Positions 41,845-55,724 are shown, counted from the stretch's first letter. The stretch: DNA of 64,000 nucleotides from Eledone cirrhosa (GCA_964016885.1 OZ024762.1:28892001-28956000), one strand, 5' to 3'. A program made the numbers and translations. The notes: generated by a model not told the origin, from the sequence alone.

Positions 41845-42920
41845 TCCGTTATCTGGGTGACAAAATCAGCAGTGGGGGAGGGTGCTCTGAAAGTACAGTA
41901 GCTAGAGTCAGAACTGGATGGAAAAAGTTCAGAGAGCTTATACCACTATTAGCCGCTAGAGGGTTCTCCCTAAAAATGAAAGGCAGGTTATACGATGCCT
42001 GCATACGAACAGCAATGCTGCATGGCAGTGAGACCTGGGCATTGTGTGCAGAGGATATACGCAGACTAGAGAGGAACGAAGCTTGCATGCTCCGCTGGAT
42101 GTGCAATAGTAATATACGTGAACGGCAAAGCATAAACGAACTAAGGAAAAAATTAGAAATAAGAGGGATCAGATGTTGTTTACTCGAGAGAAGGCTACGT
42201 TGGTACGGTCACGTGATGCGCATGAAAGACGACAGCTGTATAACAAAGTGCAGGGCAATAAAGATAGACGGTAGCCACGGAGTAGGCAGACCCAGAAAAA
42301 CATGGGACGAGCTGATAAATTCCGACCTCACACGCTTACACCTCTCCAAGACAATGTCACTGGACCGAGACCTTTGGCGGTACTCAGTAATAGAGAAGAC
42401 CCGCCTTACCTAAATACAAAGTAAAAACCTACTACAGTCAGTAGGCATCTCTATCAAAACACACCCCCGTCCCACCACCTCCACCCCACCCACACCGCCC
42501 CTTTCAATGTAAAGTTATGTTGGTCCCACAACATCCAGGCCGAAACAAATGAGATTGTGTAGGTGTCACGACAAAAAACACACAGTCCACGCTGTAAATG
42601 TGGCCGTGTAGGCAACACGGTAAAAACCTCCCAGCCCCACACTGTAAATGTGGTTGGTGTTAGGAAGGGCATCCAGCTGTAGAAAACCCGCCAGACAGTC
42701 CACGCTGTAATGTGGCCGTGTAGGCAACACGGTAAAAACCTCCCAGCCCCACACTGTAAATGTGGTTGGTGTTAGGAAGGGCATCCAACTGTAGAAAACC
42801 CGCCAGACAGTCCTATGCGAGCAAGACAACCACTCTTGCCTCAAGTGGGAAAACCCCCGTCCAAACCCATGCAAGCGTGGAACACGGACGCTAAACCTGA
42901 TGATGATGATGATGATGATG
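41845..42920 (+). mobile_element. Young 5'-truncated RTE LINE
   Basis: Open frame [12 protein letters not shown]...[11 protein letters not shown]...GRPRKTW to the stop at 42413; 3'UTR and (GAT)n tail. Confidence 0.9.
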
Positions 42921-42922
42921 AC

Positions 42923-43495
42923 CCTCCTATTCCACTGAACAATAATATAGATACATATATATTGATGTGAGCAACAGTTTCGTATTTACAGGGTGGAATG
43001 GATGTGACATATATTTCATGAGAATTGTACAATAATTGTACAAACATTCAAGTTCAAATTAAAATCAAAATTAAATTAAAGTCAAAACCACAGAGTGGAA
43101 TACATGCAACAGTTAAAACAAGGGAACAGTCCAAATATTAAAGAGGCATTGCGGAAGCAGTTTTGAGAAAGGAAGAGTGCGATAACAATTCATATGCAAG
43201 CGTGTGGATAGTGTGACTGCGTAAGTCATATGAATTGTTATCGCACTTTTCCTTTCTCAAAACTACTTCCTCAATGCCTCTTTAATATTTGGACTGTTCC
43301 CTTGTTTTAACTGTTGCATGTATTCCACTCTGTGCTTTTGACTTTAATTTAATTTTGATTTTAATTTGAATTTGTACTTGAATGTTTGTACAATTCTCGT
43401 AAAATATATGTCGCATCCATTCCACCCTGTAAATACGAAACTGTTGCTCACATCAATATATATGTATCTATATTATTGTTCAGTTGAATAGGAGG
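42923..43495. repeat. ~270-bp-arm palindrome with ~30-nt spacer (Penelope-like inverted terminus)
   Basis: 42923-43196 is the reverse complement of 43227-43495. Confidence 0.88.
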
Positions 43496-43518
43496 TGAAT
43501 TATATGTGCAAACATTGA

Positions 43519-43572
43519 TAATGGTCCGATGATTCCAAACAAGAGTTTGGAAGAAACGATTGTCAGCTATTA
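43519..43572 (+). ncRNA. Degenerate type I hammerhead ribozyme
   Basis: CCGATGA core; perfect 8-bp stem II TTCCAAAC-AAGA-GTTTGGAA; GAAAC-GATT-GTC; stem I TAATGGT/AGCTATTA with a bulge. Confidence 0.6.
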
Positions 43573-43599
43573 AATGATTTGAACACAACTTTGGTCAAA

Positions 43600-44135
43600 G
43601 GCTGATACAACTGCAGGCTTAAAAAGGTGACTGCGGTGTTCCAATGGATGCACTCCATCTGGTCAAACAGAGCTATCAGCATGTATTTTAAACCCTGCTT
43701 GTACACTAGCATTGTACTGCCCGTGGCCATCTCTGACTGTGAAACATGGAAACATACTGTGAAGATGGATTGGTCTCTAAAAACTTTCCATCAAAGGAGC
43801 CTACATAAGATTCTAAAGGTCAGCTGGAGAGATCCTGTGGAAAGCGGGGTCACATGCACTGCAGGAGATCATCATGGAATGTTGGTTCCATTTTGCGGGT
43901 CACATTCTGCACCTCCCAGAAGATCACCCGTCCAAAACAGCGATGACAGGGATTCCCTTTGAAGGCAAGTGGAAAAGAGACCAGCCGCAGATGACCTGGT
44001 GGAACACATTCCAAAATGCCTCACAAACTGTCAACATCAGCCGGCATGGATGTCAACAAGCTGTCACCAACTGAAATCGTTGGAGACAATTAGTTGACAT
44101 ATATTCCTGATGGAACAATCTAGACTAAGAACTAA
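43600..44135 (+). mobile_element. Old LINE (RTE-like) 3' fragment
   Basis: LYTSIVLPV..CETW..FHQRSLHKILKVSW and FAGHILHLP remnants. Confidence 0.65.
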
Positions 44136-44316
44136 AGAGCTATACATACCATTTTATCACTATATATATATTCAGTACACACAATATATATAGACTATAT
44201 GATGTTGTCCAAAGGAAAGTCAAAGGCCGATATAACTTGGAACCAGAATTGTCACAACTCATTTTTTTCCAGCTGATTGATATTTTTTTAAAAGTCATAA
44301 TTAGGTCAGGTGGCCA

Positions 44317-45075
44317 ATCCACCTGACCTAATAAATAATAATAATAATAATATATATTAATGAAATTTAACTATGGTGAAATATTTTAGAAATCATTCTC
44401 AGAGGTTTTGGAAGTTCTACTTCATATTATTTGTCATTAAGGTTTCTTACACAGACACTTCATTTCATTGTTGAGGGTGGTGGATTGGCAGAATCAGTAG
44501 TGTCAGACAATATGCTTTGTGTCATATAGTTACATCCCTTTATGTTCTGTATTAAAATCCTGCTTTACTCTTTTTCAGTAAAATAAAGTACCAGTAATGC
44601 ACTGGGGTTGAGTTAAAAGTGGAAATGAAGCAACATGAAATAAAATGTTTTATTTTGCAACAGAACATGCTGCCAAGCCCAAATATTGAACTCACAAGTT
44701 TATCATTGAGTCCAACACCCTAACCAATACTCTATTATCCACCTGACCTAATAAATAATAATAATAATAATATATATTAATGAAATTTAACTATGGTGAA
44801 ATATTTTAGAAATCATTCTCAGAGGTTTTGTATTGTAATCCACAAATACTCTCTGGAGGAAGTTCTACTTCATATTATTTGTCATTAAGGTTTCTTACAG
44901 AGACACTTCATTTCATTGTTGAGGGTGGTGGATTGGCAGAATCAGTAGTGTCAGACAATATGCTTTGTGTCATATAGTTACATCCCTTTATGTTCTGTAT
45001 TAAAATCCTGCTTTACTCTTTTTCAGTAAAATAAAGTACCAGTAATGCACTGGGGTTGAGTTAAAAGTGGAAACA
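44317..45075. repeat. ~420-bp direct tandem duplication
   Basis: atccacctgacctaataaataat... at 44317 and 44737. Confidence 0.85.
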
Positions 45076-45320
45076 TTTATTTAAAGTCCATAAAACAATA
45101 GATAGAATGCTTTCTGCCATATTTGTTCTGGTTCGCTGCTCTCTGAGTTTAAATCCTGCTGAGGTCAACTTTGCGTTTCTTCCATTCACAGTTGATAACA
45201 AAAAGTACCTGTCTACCACAGGGGTCTGTTCTTCCTCTCTATATTTCTTTCTCACTTCCTCTCTCTCATACTCATTCCTTCGCAGGAAGAAATAAAAAGT
45301 TCTAACCTGGAGAATAAAGG

Positions 45321-48300
45321 AGAAAGAGAGTGTGTGATGTCAACACTTCCGGTATATCATTGCCACCACCACCACCACTTCCACTACCATATATATAGAA
45401 AGAGAGAGTGTGATGTCAACACTTCCGGTATATCATTGCCACCACCAACACATCCACTACCATATATATGTAGAAAGAGAGAGTGTGATGTCAACACTTC
45501 CGGTATATCGTTGCCACCACCACCACCACTTCTACTACCATATATATAGAAAGAGAGAGTGTCATGTCAACACTTCCGGTATATCATTGCCACCACCACC
45601 ACCACTTCCACTACCATATATATAGAAAGAGAGAGTGTGATGTCAACACTTCCGGTATATCGTTGCCACCACCACCACCACTTCTACTACCATATATATA
45701 GAAAGAGAGAGTGTGGTGTCAACACTTCCGGTATATCGTTGCCACCACCACCACCACTTCCACTACCATATATATAGAAAGAGAGAGTGTGATGTCAACA
45801 CTTCCGATATATCATTGCCACCACCACCACCACCACCACTTCAACTACCATATATATAGAAAGAGAGAGTGTGATGTCAACACCTCCGGTATATCGTTGT
45901 CACCACCACCACCACTTCCACTACCATATATATAGAAAGAGAGAGTGTGATGTCAACACTTCTGGTATATCATTGCCACCACCACCACCACCACCACTTC
46001 TACGACCATATATATAGAAAGAGAGAGTGTGATGTCAACACTTCCGGTATATCGTTGCCACCACCACCACCACTTCCACTACCATATATATAGAAAGAGA
46101 GTGTGTGATGTCAACACCTCCGGTATGTCATTGCCACCACCACCACGACTTCTACTACCATATATATAGAAAGAGAGAGTGTGATGTCAACACCTCCGGT
46201 ATATCGTTGTCACCACCACCACCACTTCCACTACCATATATATAGAAAGAGAGAGTGTGATGTCAACACTTCTGGTATATCATTGCCACCACCACCACCA
46301 CCACCACTTCTACGACCATATATATAGAAAGAGAGAGTGTGATGTCAACACTTCCGGTATATCATTGCCACCACCACCACCACCAGTTCTACTACCATAT
46401 ATATAGAAAGAGAGAGTGTGATGTCAACACGTCCGGTATATCATTGCCACCACCACCATCACCACTTCTACGACCATATATATAGAAAGAGAGAGTGTGA
46501 TGTCAACACTTCCGGTATATCGTTGCCACCACCACCACCACTTCCACTACCATATATATAGAAAGAGAGAGTGTGATGTCAACACTTCCGATATATCATT
46601 GCCACCACCACCACCACCACCACTTCAACTACCATATATATATAGAAAGAGAGAGTGTGATGTCAACACTTCCGGTATATCGTTGCCACCACCACCACCA
46701 CTTCTACTACCATATATATAGAAAGAGAGAGTGTGGTGTCAACACTTCCGATATATCATTGCCACCACCACCACCACCACTTCTACGACCATATATATAG
46801 AAAGAGAGAGTGTGATGTCAACACTTCCGGTATATCATTGCCACCACCACCACCACCAGTTCTACTACCATATATATAGAAAGAGAGAGTGTGATGTCAA
46901 CACGTCCGGTATATCATTGCCACCACCACCACCACCACTTCTACGACCATATATATAGAAAGAGAGAGTGTGATGTCAACACTTCTGGTATATCATTGCC
47001 ACCACCACCACCACCACCACTTCAACTACCATATATATAGAAAGAGAGAGTGTGATGTCGACACTTCCGGTATATCATTGCCACCACCACCACCACTTCT
47101 ACTACCATATATATAGAAAGAGAGAGTGTGATGTCAACACTTCCGGTATATCATTGCCACCACCACCACCACTTCTACTACCATATATATAGAAAGAGAG
47201 AGTGTGATGTCAACACTCCCGGTATATCATTGCCACCACCACCACATCCACTACCATATATATGTAGAAAGAGAGAGTGTGATGTCAACACTTCCGGTAT
47301 ATCATTGCCACCACCACCACCACCACTTCAACTACCATATATATAGAAAGAGAGTGTGTGATGTCAACACTCCCAGTATAACATTGCCACCACAACCACT
47401 TCCACTACCATATATATATAGAAAGAGAGAGTGTGATGTCAAAACTTCAGGTATATCATTGCCACCACCACCACCACCACATCCACTACCATATATATAT
47501 AGAAAGAGAGAGTGTGATGTCAACACCTCCGGTATATCGTTGCCACCACTTCCACTACCATATATATAGAAAGAGAGAGAGTGTGATGTCAACACTTCCG
47601 GTATATCATTGCCACCACCACCACATCCACTACCATATATATATAGAAAGAGAGAGTGTGATGTCAACACCTCCGGTATATCGTTGCCACCACTTCCACT
47701 ACCGTATATATAGAAAGAGAGAGTGTGATGTCAACACTTCCGGTATATCATTGCCACCAACACCACCACCACTTCTACTACCATATATATAGAAAGAGAG
47801 AGAGTGTGATGTCAACACTTCCGGTATATCGTTGCCACCACCACCACCACCACTTTCACTACCATATCTATAGAAAGAGAGTGTGTGATGTCAACACTTC
47901 CGGTATATCGTTGCCACCACCACCACTTCAACTACCATATATATAGAAAGAGAGAGTGTGATGTCGACACTTCCGGTATATCATTGCCACCACCATCACC
48001 AACACTTCAACTACCATATATATAGAAAGAGAGAGAGTGTGATGTCAACACTTCCGGTATATCATTGCCACCACCACCACCACTTCAACTTCCATATATA
48101 TAGAAAGAGAGAGTGTGATGTCGACACTTCCGGTATATCATTGCCACCACCACCACCACTTCAACTACCATATATATAGAAAGAGAGAGTGTGATGTCAA
48201 CACTTCCGGTATATCATTGCCACCACCACTTCAACTACCATATATATAGAAAGAGAGAGTGTGATGTCAACACTTCCGGTATATCATTGCCAACACCACT

Positions 48301-50245
48301 TCAACTACCATATATATAGAAAGAGAGAGTGTGATGTCAACACTTCCGGTATATCATTGCCAACACCACTTCAACTACCATATATATAGAAAGAGAGAGT
48401 GTGATGTCATCACTTCCAGTATATCATTGCCACCACCACCACCACATCAACTACCATATATATAGAAAGAGAGAGTGTGATGTCAACACTTCTGGTATAT
48501 CCTTGCCACCACCACCACCACGTCACCTTCCATATATATAGAAAGAGAGAGTGTGATGTCAACACTTCCGGTATATCATTGCCACCACCACCGCCACATC
48601 AACTACCATATATATAGAAAGAGAGAGTGTGATGTCAACACTTCCGGTATATCATTGCCACCACCACCACCACCAGTTCAACTTCCATATATATAGAAAG
48701 AAAGAGTGTGATGTCGACACTTTCGGTATATCGTTGCCACCACCACCACCACCACCACTTCTACTACCATATATATAGAAAGAGAGAGTGTGATGTCAAC
48801 ACTTCCGGTATATCATTGCCACCACCACCACCACCAGTTCAACTTCCATATATATAGAAAGAAAGAGTGTGATGTCGACACTTTCGGTATATCGTTGCCA
48901 CCACCACCACCACCATCACTTCTACTACCATATATATAGAAAGAGAGAGAGTGTGATGTTAACACTTCCGGTATATCGTTGCCACCACCACCACCACCAC
49001 TTTCACTACCATATCTATAGAAAGAGAGAGTGTGATGTCAACACTTCCGATATATCATTGCCACCACCACCACCACTTCAACTACCATATATATAGAAAG
49101 AGAGAGAGTGTGATGTCAACACCTCCGGTATATCATTGCCACCACCACCACCACTTCCACTACCATATATATAGAAAGAGAGAGTGTGATGTCAACACTT
49201 CCGGTATATCATTGCCACCACCACCACCTCTTCCACTACCATATATATAGAAAGAGAGAGTGTGATGTCAACACTTCCGGTATATCGTTGCCACCACCAC
49301 CACCACTTCCACTACCATATATATAGAAAGAGAGAGTGTGATGTCAACACTTCCGGTATATCATTGCCACCACCACCACCACCACTTCTACTACCATATA
49401 TATAGAAAGAGAGAGTGTGATATCAACACTTCCGGTATATCATTGCCACCACCACCACTTATACTACCATATATATAGAAAGAGAGAGTGTGATGTCAAC
49501 ACCTCCGGTATATCATTGCCACCACCACCAGCACCACCACATCCACTACCATATATATATAGAAAGAGAGAGTGTGATGTCAACACCTCCGGTATATCGT
49601 TGCCACCACCACCACCACTTCCACTACCATATACATAGAAAGAGAGAGAGTGTGATGCAACACCTCCGGTATATCGTTGCCACCACCACCACAACTTCCA
49701 CTACCATATATATAGAAAGAGAGAGTGTGATGTCAACACTTCCGGTATATCATTGCCATCACCACCACCACCACTTCTACTACCATATATATAGAAAGAG
49801 AGAGTGTGATGTCAACACTTCCGGTATATCATTGCCACCACCACCACCACTTCAACTACCATATATATAGAAAGAGAGAGTGTGATGTCAACACTTCCGG
49901 TATATCATTGCCACCACCACCACCACTTCAACTACCATATATATAGAAAGAGAGAGTGTGATGTCAACACTTCCGGTATATCATTGCCACCACCACCACC
50001 TCTTCCACTACCATATATATAGAAAGAGAGAGTGTGATGTCAACACTTCCGGTATATCATTTCCACTACCACCACCATTACTTCTACTACCAGATATATA
50101 GAAAGAGAGAGTGTGATGTCAACACCTCCGGTATATCATTGCCACCACCACCACCACTTCAACTACCATATATATAGAAAGAGAGAGTGTGATGTTAACA
50201 CTTCCGGTATATCATTGCCACCACCACCACCTCTTCCACTACCAT
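45321..50245. repeat. ~76-bp satellite, roughly 65 copies, running into an assembly gap
   Basis: gaaagagagagtgtgatgtcaacacttccggtatatcattg(cca)ncttccactaccatatatata. Confidence 0.97.
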
Positions 50246-50445
50246 NNNNNNNNNNNNNNNNNNNNNNNNNNNNNNNNNNNNNNNNNNNNNNNNNNNNNNN
50301 NNNNNNNNNNNNNNNNNNNNNNNNNNNNNNNNNNNNNNNNNNNNNNNNNNNNNNNNNNNNNNNNNNNNNNNNNNNNNNNNNNNNNNNNNNNNNNNNNNNN
50401 NNNNNNNNNNNNNNNNNNNNNNNNNNNNNNNNNNNNNNNNNNNNN
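50246..50445. other. Assembly gap (200 N)
   Basis: Run of N. Confidence 1.
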
Positions 50446-50892
50446 CATGTTTTGCAGCATAGAATTATGGCCCTTTACGTTCTGAGTTCAAATCCTGCTG
50501 AAGTTAGCTTTGCCTTTCATTCTTACGGAGGTCGATAAAATAAAGTACCAGTAATGCACTGGGGGTAATTGCTGGCTGGCCTTGTGCCAAAAGTAGAAAC
50601 AATTATTATTATTGGATTGGCAGTAATCCGTAGAGTGTCAGACACCATGCTTTGCAGCATAGAGTTATGGCCCTTTACGTTTTGTTTTCAAACCCGCCAA
50701 GGTTTGCCTTTCATTCTTATGGGGGGGGGGGGTCAATAAAATAAAGCACCAGTAATGCACTGAGGTAATTCAGCAATTATCCCTGTGTATTACTGGTACC
50801 TTGTGCCAAATAGTAGAAACAATTAACTGTAGATGAGAGAGAACTGTGGAAATGTAGTCCATCAGTGTGATAAATTCTAACTTTTAACATAG

Positions 50893-51036
50893 GTTGTGCA
50901 TCTCAATGGTATGGATATACTTGTAACAAGCAATGCCATTGTTTAAACGATGCTGACTGCCATCAACAAACTGGGGCTTGCCCATATGGCTGTGAAGAAG
51001 GATGGACCGGACCGGATTGCCAAGTAAAAACCTATA
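50893..51036 (+). CDS. Internal exon encoding an EGF-like (MEGF/SCARF-type) module
   Basis: ag|...|gtaagt, phase 1-1, 144 bp; CASQWYGYTCNKQCHCLNDADCHQQTGACPYGCEEGWTGPDCQ. Confidence 0.88.
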
Positions 51037-51519
51037 GTAAGTAGATTTCTAATTATCATGCCGTTGTTGTTGCTGTCACTGTTGAGGCTGAGGTTGCTAT
51101 ATCATCATCATCATCATCATCGTTTACATCTATCTTCCATGCTAGCATGGGTTAGTCGGGAGTTGTCCCAATTGAGGCAAGATTGGTCGGGTGACCGTGT
51201 CTCGTTCGTATAGGACTATACTGTCTCAAGCCTGAAGGCTCATTAGGCCAATGCTTATCCTGGTTTCATGGCATAAAGCGACTGTGAGTACAAGACTTCC
51301 TCCTGGACAGGACATCAGTCCATTGCAGGGTTACACCCTCCACAGTTATTGCTGGAAATATGGAATAATTTAGAGATAACGTAAAAGATATTTCAAAAGT
51401 TTAGTATATAGAAAACCATTTGTCTTTTCCCACTGGGTCAATCATCGTTTCAACTGACTGAGATCCATTTCATTTCATAGTAATTGACTTTCATTAAATT
51501 TTCTTTCATTCTTTGTCAG

Positions 51520-51777
51520 GAAATATAGCTATTGGTAAAGTAGCTACACAAACCACGACAGACAAAACAAGCAGTGTAATTCTAATGAAAAACAATGTTT
51601 GTCGCAATGAAATGTACTCAATGTCAGCTAACCTGGCTGTAGATGGTAACTTCGATCAAAACCCACAACACAGATCTTGTTCTCATACAATGAGCTCTCC
51701 AACATCATTGTGGACTCTTGAACTCAGACAAACATACGATATTTCCCAACTAAGGATATATTATAACTATATTGATA
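51520..51777 (+). CDS. Internal exon encoding the N-terminal part of an F-type lectin (fucolectin/FTP) domain
   Basis: tttgtcag|...|gtaagt, phase 1-1, in frame with the previous exon; NIAIGKVATQ...SANLAVDGN...CSHT...WTLEL. Confidence 0.85.
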
Positions 51778-51856
51778 GTAAGTTGGTTTTTTTGTTTGTT
51801 TGGAAAAATTTTGTCTTCTTGCCTGTTACACTTTACAATTTCACTTCCCTCTAGAA

Positions 51857-52902
51857 CAGAGGTTCTCAAAGTGGGTGCTACTGCCCCAAGAGGGGTGCTG
51901 GGGCTTAAGGATGGGGGTGGAGAGGATATAATAGTATATCAAATATCAAATGATAAATTTTATATATAAATATAGTAAAATAAAAAAGTATATGATATTT
52001 ATTGATACATAGTATATATTATATAGTGGATAGAAATGAAGCAAGTATATGCTGTTGCATGTGTGATGTCAATGTGTGTGAACGACAAAGTATAGACGAG
52101 TTGAGAGAGAAACTGTGTATAAGAGGGATAAGTTGTAGTGTGTGGGAGAGAAGACTGTGTTGGTATGGACATGTGATGCGCATGGTGGATGACAGCTGGG
52201 TAAAGAACTGCCAAGAAATCCCAGTAGAAGGAAGACACAGTAGAGGAAGATCACGAAAAACATGGGCAGAGGTGGTGAGAGCAGACCTCAGATCACTGAA
52301 GCTCATGGAGAAGATGACAAGGTACTGTGACAAATGGAGAGATGCTGTGTTTAATAAGACCTGTCCCACCCTTACAAGCAGGGAAAAGCGGATGTAAAAT
52401 GATGATAATGATGATGATAGTGAAGGCTGAGTGATTAGAGAATCGGATTTGCAATCGTGAGGTTGTGAGGTTGTTCTTTCTACCTGGAGTTGCAACTGAT
52501 AGATAGTATTAGCAATTGGAAAGACCAATGGAAGCATTGATTCCGTGGTCCAATTTGATGGAAGTTGATCGACTTTCGATATATTATAGAAGGTAGGACA
52601 CCATGCTTTGCAGCATAGAGTTACGGCCCTTTATGATCTGAGTTTAAATCCGTCCTAGGTTAATTTTGCCTTTCACCTTTACTGGGTCGATAAAATACAG
52701 TACCAGTAATACACTGGAGTAATTGCTGGCCTTGTGCCAAAAGTAAAAAGAATTATTTATTATATATCAACCATTTTATGTATTATATATTATTTACAAT
52801 TTGCTTGTAGGTAAGTCTCTCTGGAAATAGGTGTGGTGTTTTAGAGGGTATTACAAGGCTGTGAGGGGGGGGAGATGGCCCCAAAAAGTTTGAGAACCTC
52901 TG
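51857..52902. mobile_element. hAT/Charlie-type MITE with a nested RTE fragment (52025-52420) and SINEs
   Basis: TIR CAGAGGTTCTCAAA; 8-bp TSD CTCTAGAA/TTCTAGAA. Confidence 0.8.
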
Positions 52903-53137
52903 TTCTAGAATGTCACCATTTACTAAAGACATTTATTTATAAATGGCATGAAACACATGTTCCTAATTGTTTAACTGTTTGGATACCAAACTATCTGAAT
53001 CAACTCTACCCCTTGAACTTGAACTGGCACTGTCGGTTACAACAATGAGTGTTCCAGTTGACACTATTACTGGAACAGCCTGCTCATGAAATTAACGTGC
53101 AAGTGGCTGAGTATTCCACAGACATGCATACCCTTAA

Positions 53138-53407
53138 CCCTTTAGCATTTACATTACTCCATATCTAATATTACATTTTTGTGGTAAAGACTTTATCTTA
53201 CATAATTATCTCACATAATATCAAATCTATGAGATTTTGATATTATATATCTTAAAACCTTCTATCCTAACTTTATGTAAGAACATTTGTTAAGTTATAT
53301 TTTAACTCTTTAGCATTTACATTACTCTATATATACTATTGTTTTGTCACATTAAAGGCTTTACCTCACATAATACCTCACATAACATTTACATTACTCT
53401 ATATATA
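53138..53407 (+). mobile_element. Two left ends of the TTAA MITE; the second leads into the 72-bp array
   Basis: ttaa|CCCTTTAGCATTTACATTACTC at 53138 and ttaa|CTCTTTAGCATTTAC at 53306. Confidence 0.75.
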
Positions 53408-55724
53408 TTTAGCAGTATTAGTTGTAGATGTTATCGAGACACGAGTAACATAATAACGACTTCAACCGCAGTAATTAGAGATGAAATGTTTGTTTATTTA
53501 TATGGTTGAAGTTACAGATACAAAGAGGTTACCAAATGGAATGTGCCATTGCGCTGTTAAGCCGGCGAGGCTAGTGGTGCAATATCTCACTGTTACATTA
53601 TGCGTGTTGCTGGCTCGAAGTTTCTGGTACAAGCTAGAGATTCTTCAAATCTACGCGGTGAATTTCTTCCTCAGGGCGCGTAGGGATACATCCTCTTCTA
53701 CTGGCGCTGATTGGCTGAACTGAGCCAAATCACGCACAGAGAATGTATGTGAGCCCGCGGAATGTAGGTCACTACATCACCTCCAACCAGATTTTCAGCC
53801 GAAAATCGATAACGAAGAAACCAAGGATCCACATATTATTAAATCAGCAAGAACAAATGCTGAAAGAGCACATCAGTGAAAAAATAATTGAGCAGAAGGT
53901 TACATGCAAGAACAAAAAATGAGGCGCTACGGGCCGTGTTGAGCCGCTGTGTTAAATGACCAGTTGTTTTGTTGTTTATACGTGACCGCCAAAGGTCTAA
54001 CAAAAAACGGATAAAGTCTGACATGGGCGAGGTTGCTGTTCTTGCATTAAATGTTAATGGTAAGCGTTGTACCAGTAGCTGTGAACGAAGCTATTATGGT
54101 AGTTTACCAGTGCTGGCGAGAAAATGATGGCCCCCAGATGTATTGTCGAATGTGCTGTGGAGCCAGGAAAAAATGGCTGGTTGCTTTGTAAAGAACAAAA
54201 GGCAAGTTTAATCTGTAGGTGGGTTGCAGTGTAAATTCCATAATTCGGGCGAATCCACAGAAGTGGCCGAAATGCTCACAAGTCCAGTTCAATTTGTTGC
54301 TTTCCCAGCGAGTCGGGCAAAAACAACAAGACGGATGGCCGTCATGGACGATCAGTGTGCAACGAGATGCGAAGCTGTTTGAGTTCAGCGGCAATTAGTA
54401 TTCTCGTGTTGCGGTGACTGTTTGAATCCAGTGGATTAAGCTCTGTGAGCTGCCAGCATCTCGACCAGGTGAAAAGGGACTCGCAGAATATTACGTTTGA
54501 AGAACATATACCAAGAACAACATGTTGGTGTGTGATAAAAAAAATGTGTGCATATGCAGGCATGTAAAACAGCAAAGAATGTGAATGAACAAAAACCATG
54601 AGCAAGCAAATAGCAAAAGAGCACAAAACAAGTAAATGCATTCTACAAAGAAATATGTGAATGTAACAAACTGATAATTCAAAGTCAATCTAGGGGAGCA
54701 GAGAAATTGCTCAATAAGTTCAAAGTTTTTCAAAGTCAAATAGTTCACACATCACCAGTGTACAGACACTAGTTCTATCTGAAAACTGAAAAAGAAGTTT
54801 GTTAATGCCGTTAGGGGTTAGATGTATGGTGTTTTTGTGAGATTTCGTGGCCATTTTCCCGTCCCGCCACACGGTTGTGTTGCTTATTGTTAAAGCAAAG
54901 TCAAAGAATCTTCTGTAGAGTAGGAGTCACCAAATATGGCAGTCACGTCTGACGCCATAATGGTGAGAAAACTACTGTCTCAATTTCTCGCGTCCCTGTG
55001 GTAACGAGACAGAAGGTATGGTGGTTGCGTCGGTAAAGTTACAAGCCGTTTTTAAATTTCCGATGTGTGGTGGTTGGCGTTGGTAAGGTTATGAAGCTGC
55101 CACTCACTGTTCCCTGTATTGGTCAGTGGTTAAACAACGCTGTCGCTGTTGCTGTCATTGTTGTTGTCAAGCGTAGCCATGACATGTCGGTAGCCATCTT
55201 GAAATTTTTTCGTGGCGAAAAAGTTTTTGAAATACTGCTAATTTTTCAAAAATCTTAAAAGGAATGTTCTGGTTTTTTGCAAGTTGCGACGTGGCAATAA
55301 AAGTTAAACTGAATGAATAAGAAGGGCTGCGTGATATTCTTACGTCGGTCACCACTTTAGCAGTATTAGTTGTAGATATTATCGAGACACGAGTAACATA
55401 ATAACGACTTCAACCGCAGTAATTAGAGATGAAATGTTTGTTTATTTATATGGTTGAAGTTATATATACAAAGAGGTTACCAAATGGAATGTGCCATTGC
55501 GCCGTTAAGCCGGCGAGGCTAGTGGTGCAATATCTCACTGTTACATTATGCGTGTTGCTGGCTCGAAGTTTCTGGTACAAGCTAGAGATTCTTCAAATCT
55601 ACGCGGTGAATTTCTTCCTCAGGGCGCGTAGGGATACATCCTCTTCTACTGGCGCTGATTGGCTGAACTGAGCCAAATCACGCACAGAGAATGTATGTGA
55701 GCCCACGGAATGTAGGTCACTACA
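53408..55724 (-). mobile_element. Non-autonomous LTR retroelement: two 369-bp LTRs, tRNA-Trp-like PBS, non-coding interior
   Basis: LTRs 53408-53776 and 55356-55724; minus-strand TGTAG start; PBS TGGTGACCGACGT at ~55342-55354; PPT GGTTGGAGGTGA; TSD TATA/TCTA. Confidence 0.88.

Noticed and set aside
41301-42413. 370-aa ORF
   Set aside because: A TA minisatellite in frame with a truncated RTE; not a gene.
45321-50245. CRISPR-like array or His/Pro-rich protein ORFs
   Set aside because: No unique spacers; units vary only in microsatellite length, and the ORFs are translations of the satellite. The context is eukaryotic with no cas genes.
53481-55671. Duplicated 80-aa ORFs as a gene pair
   Set aside because: They lie inside the two LTRs, antisense to the element, with no recognisable domain.
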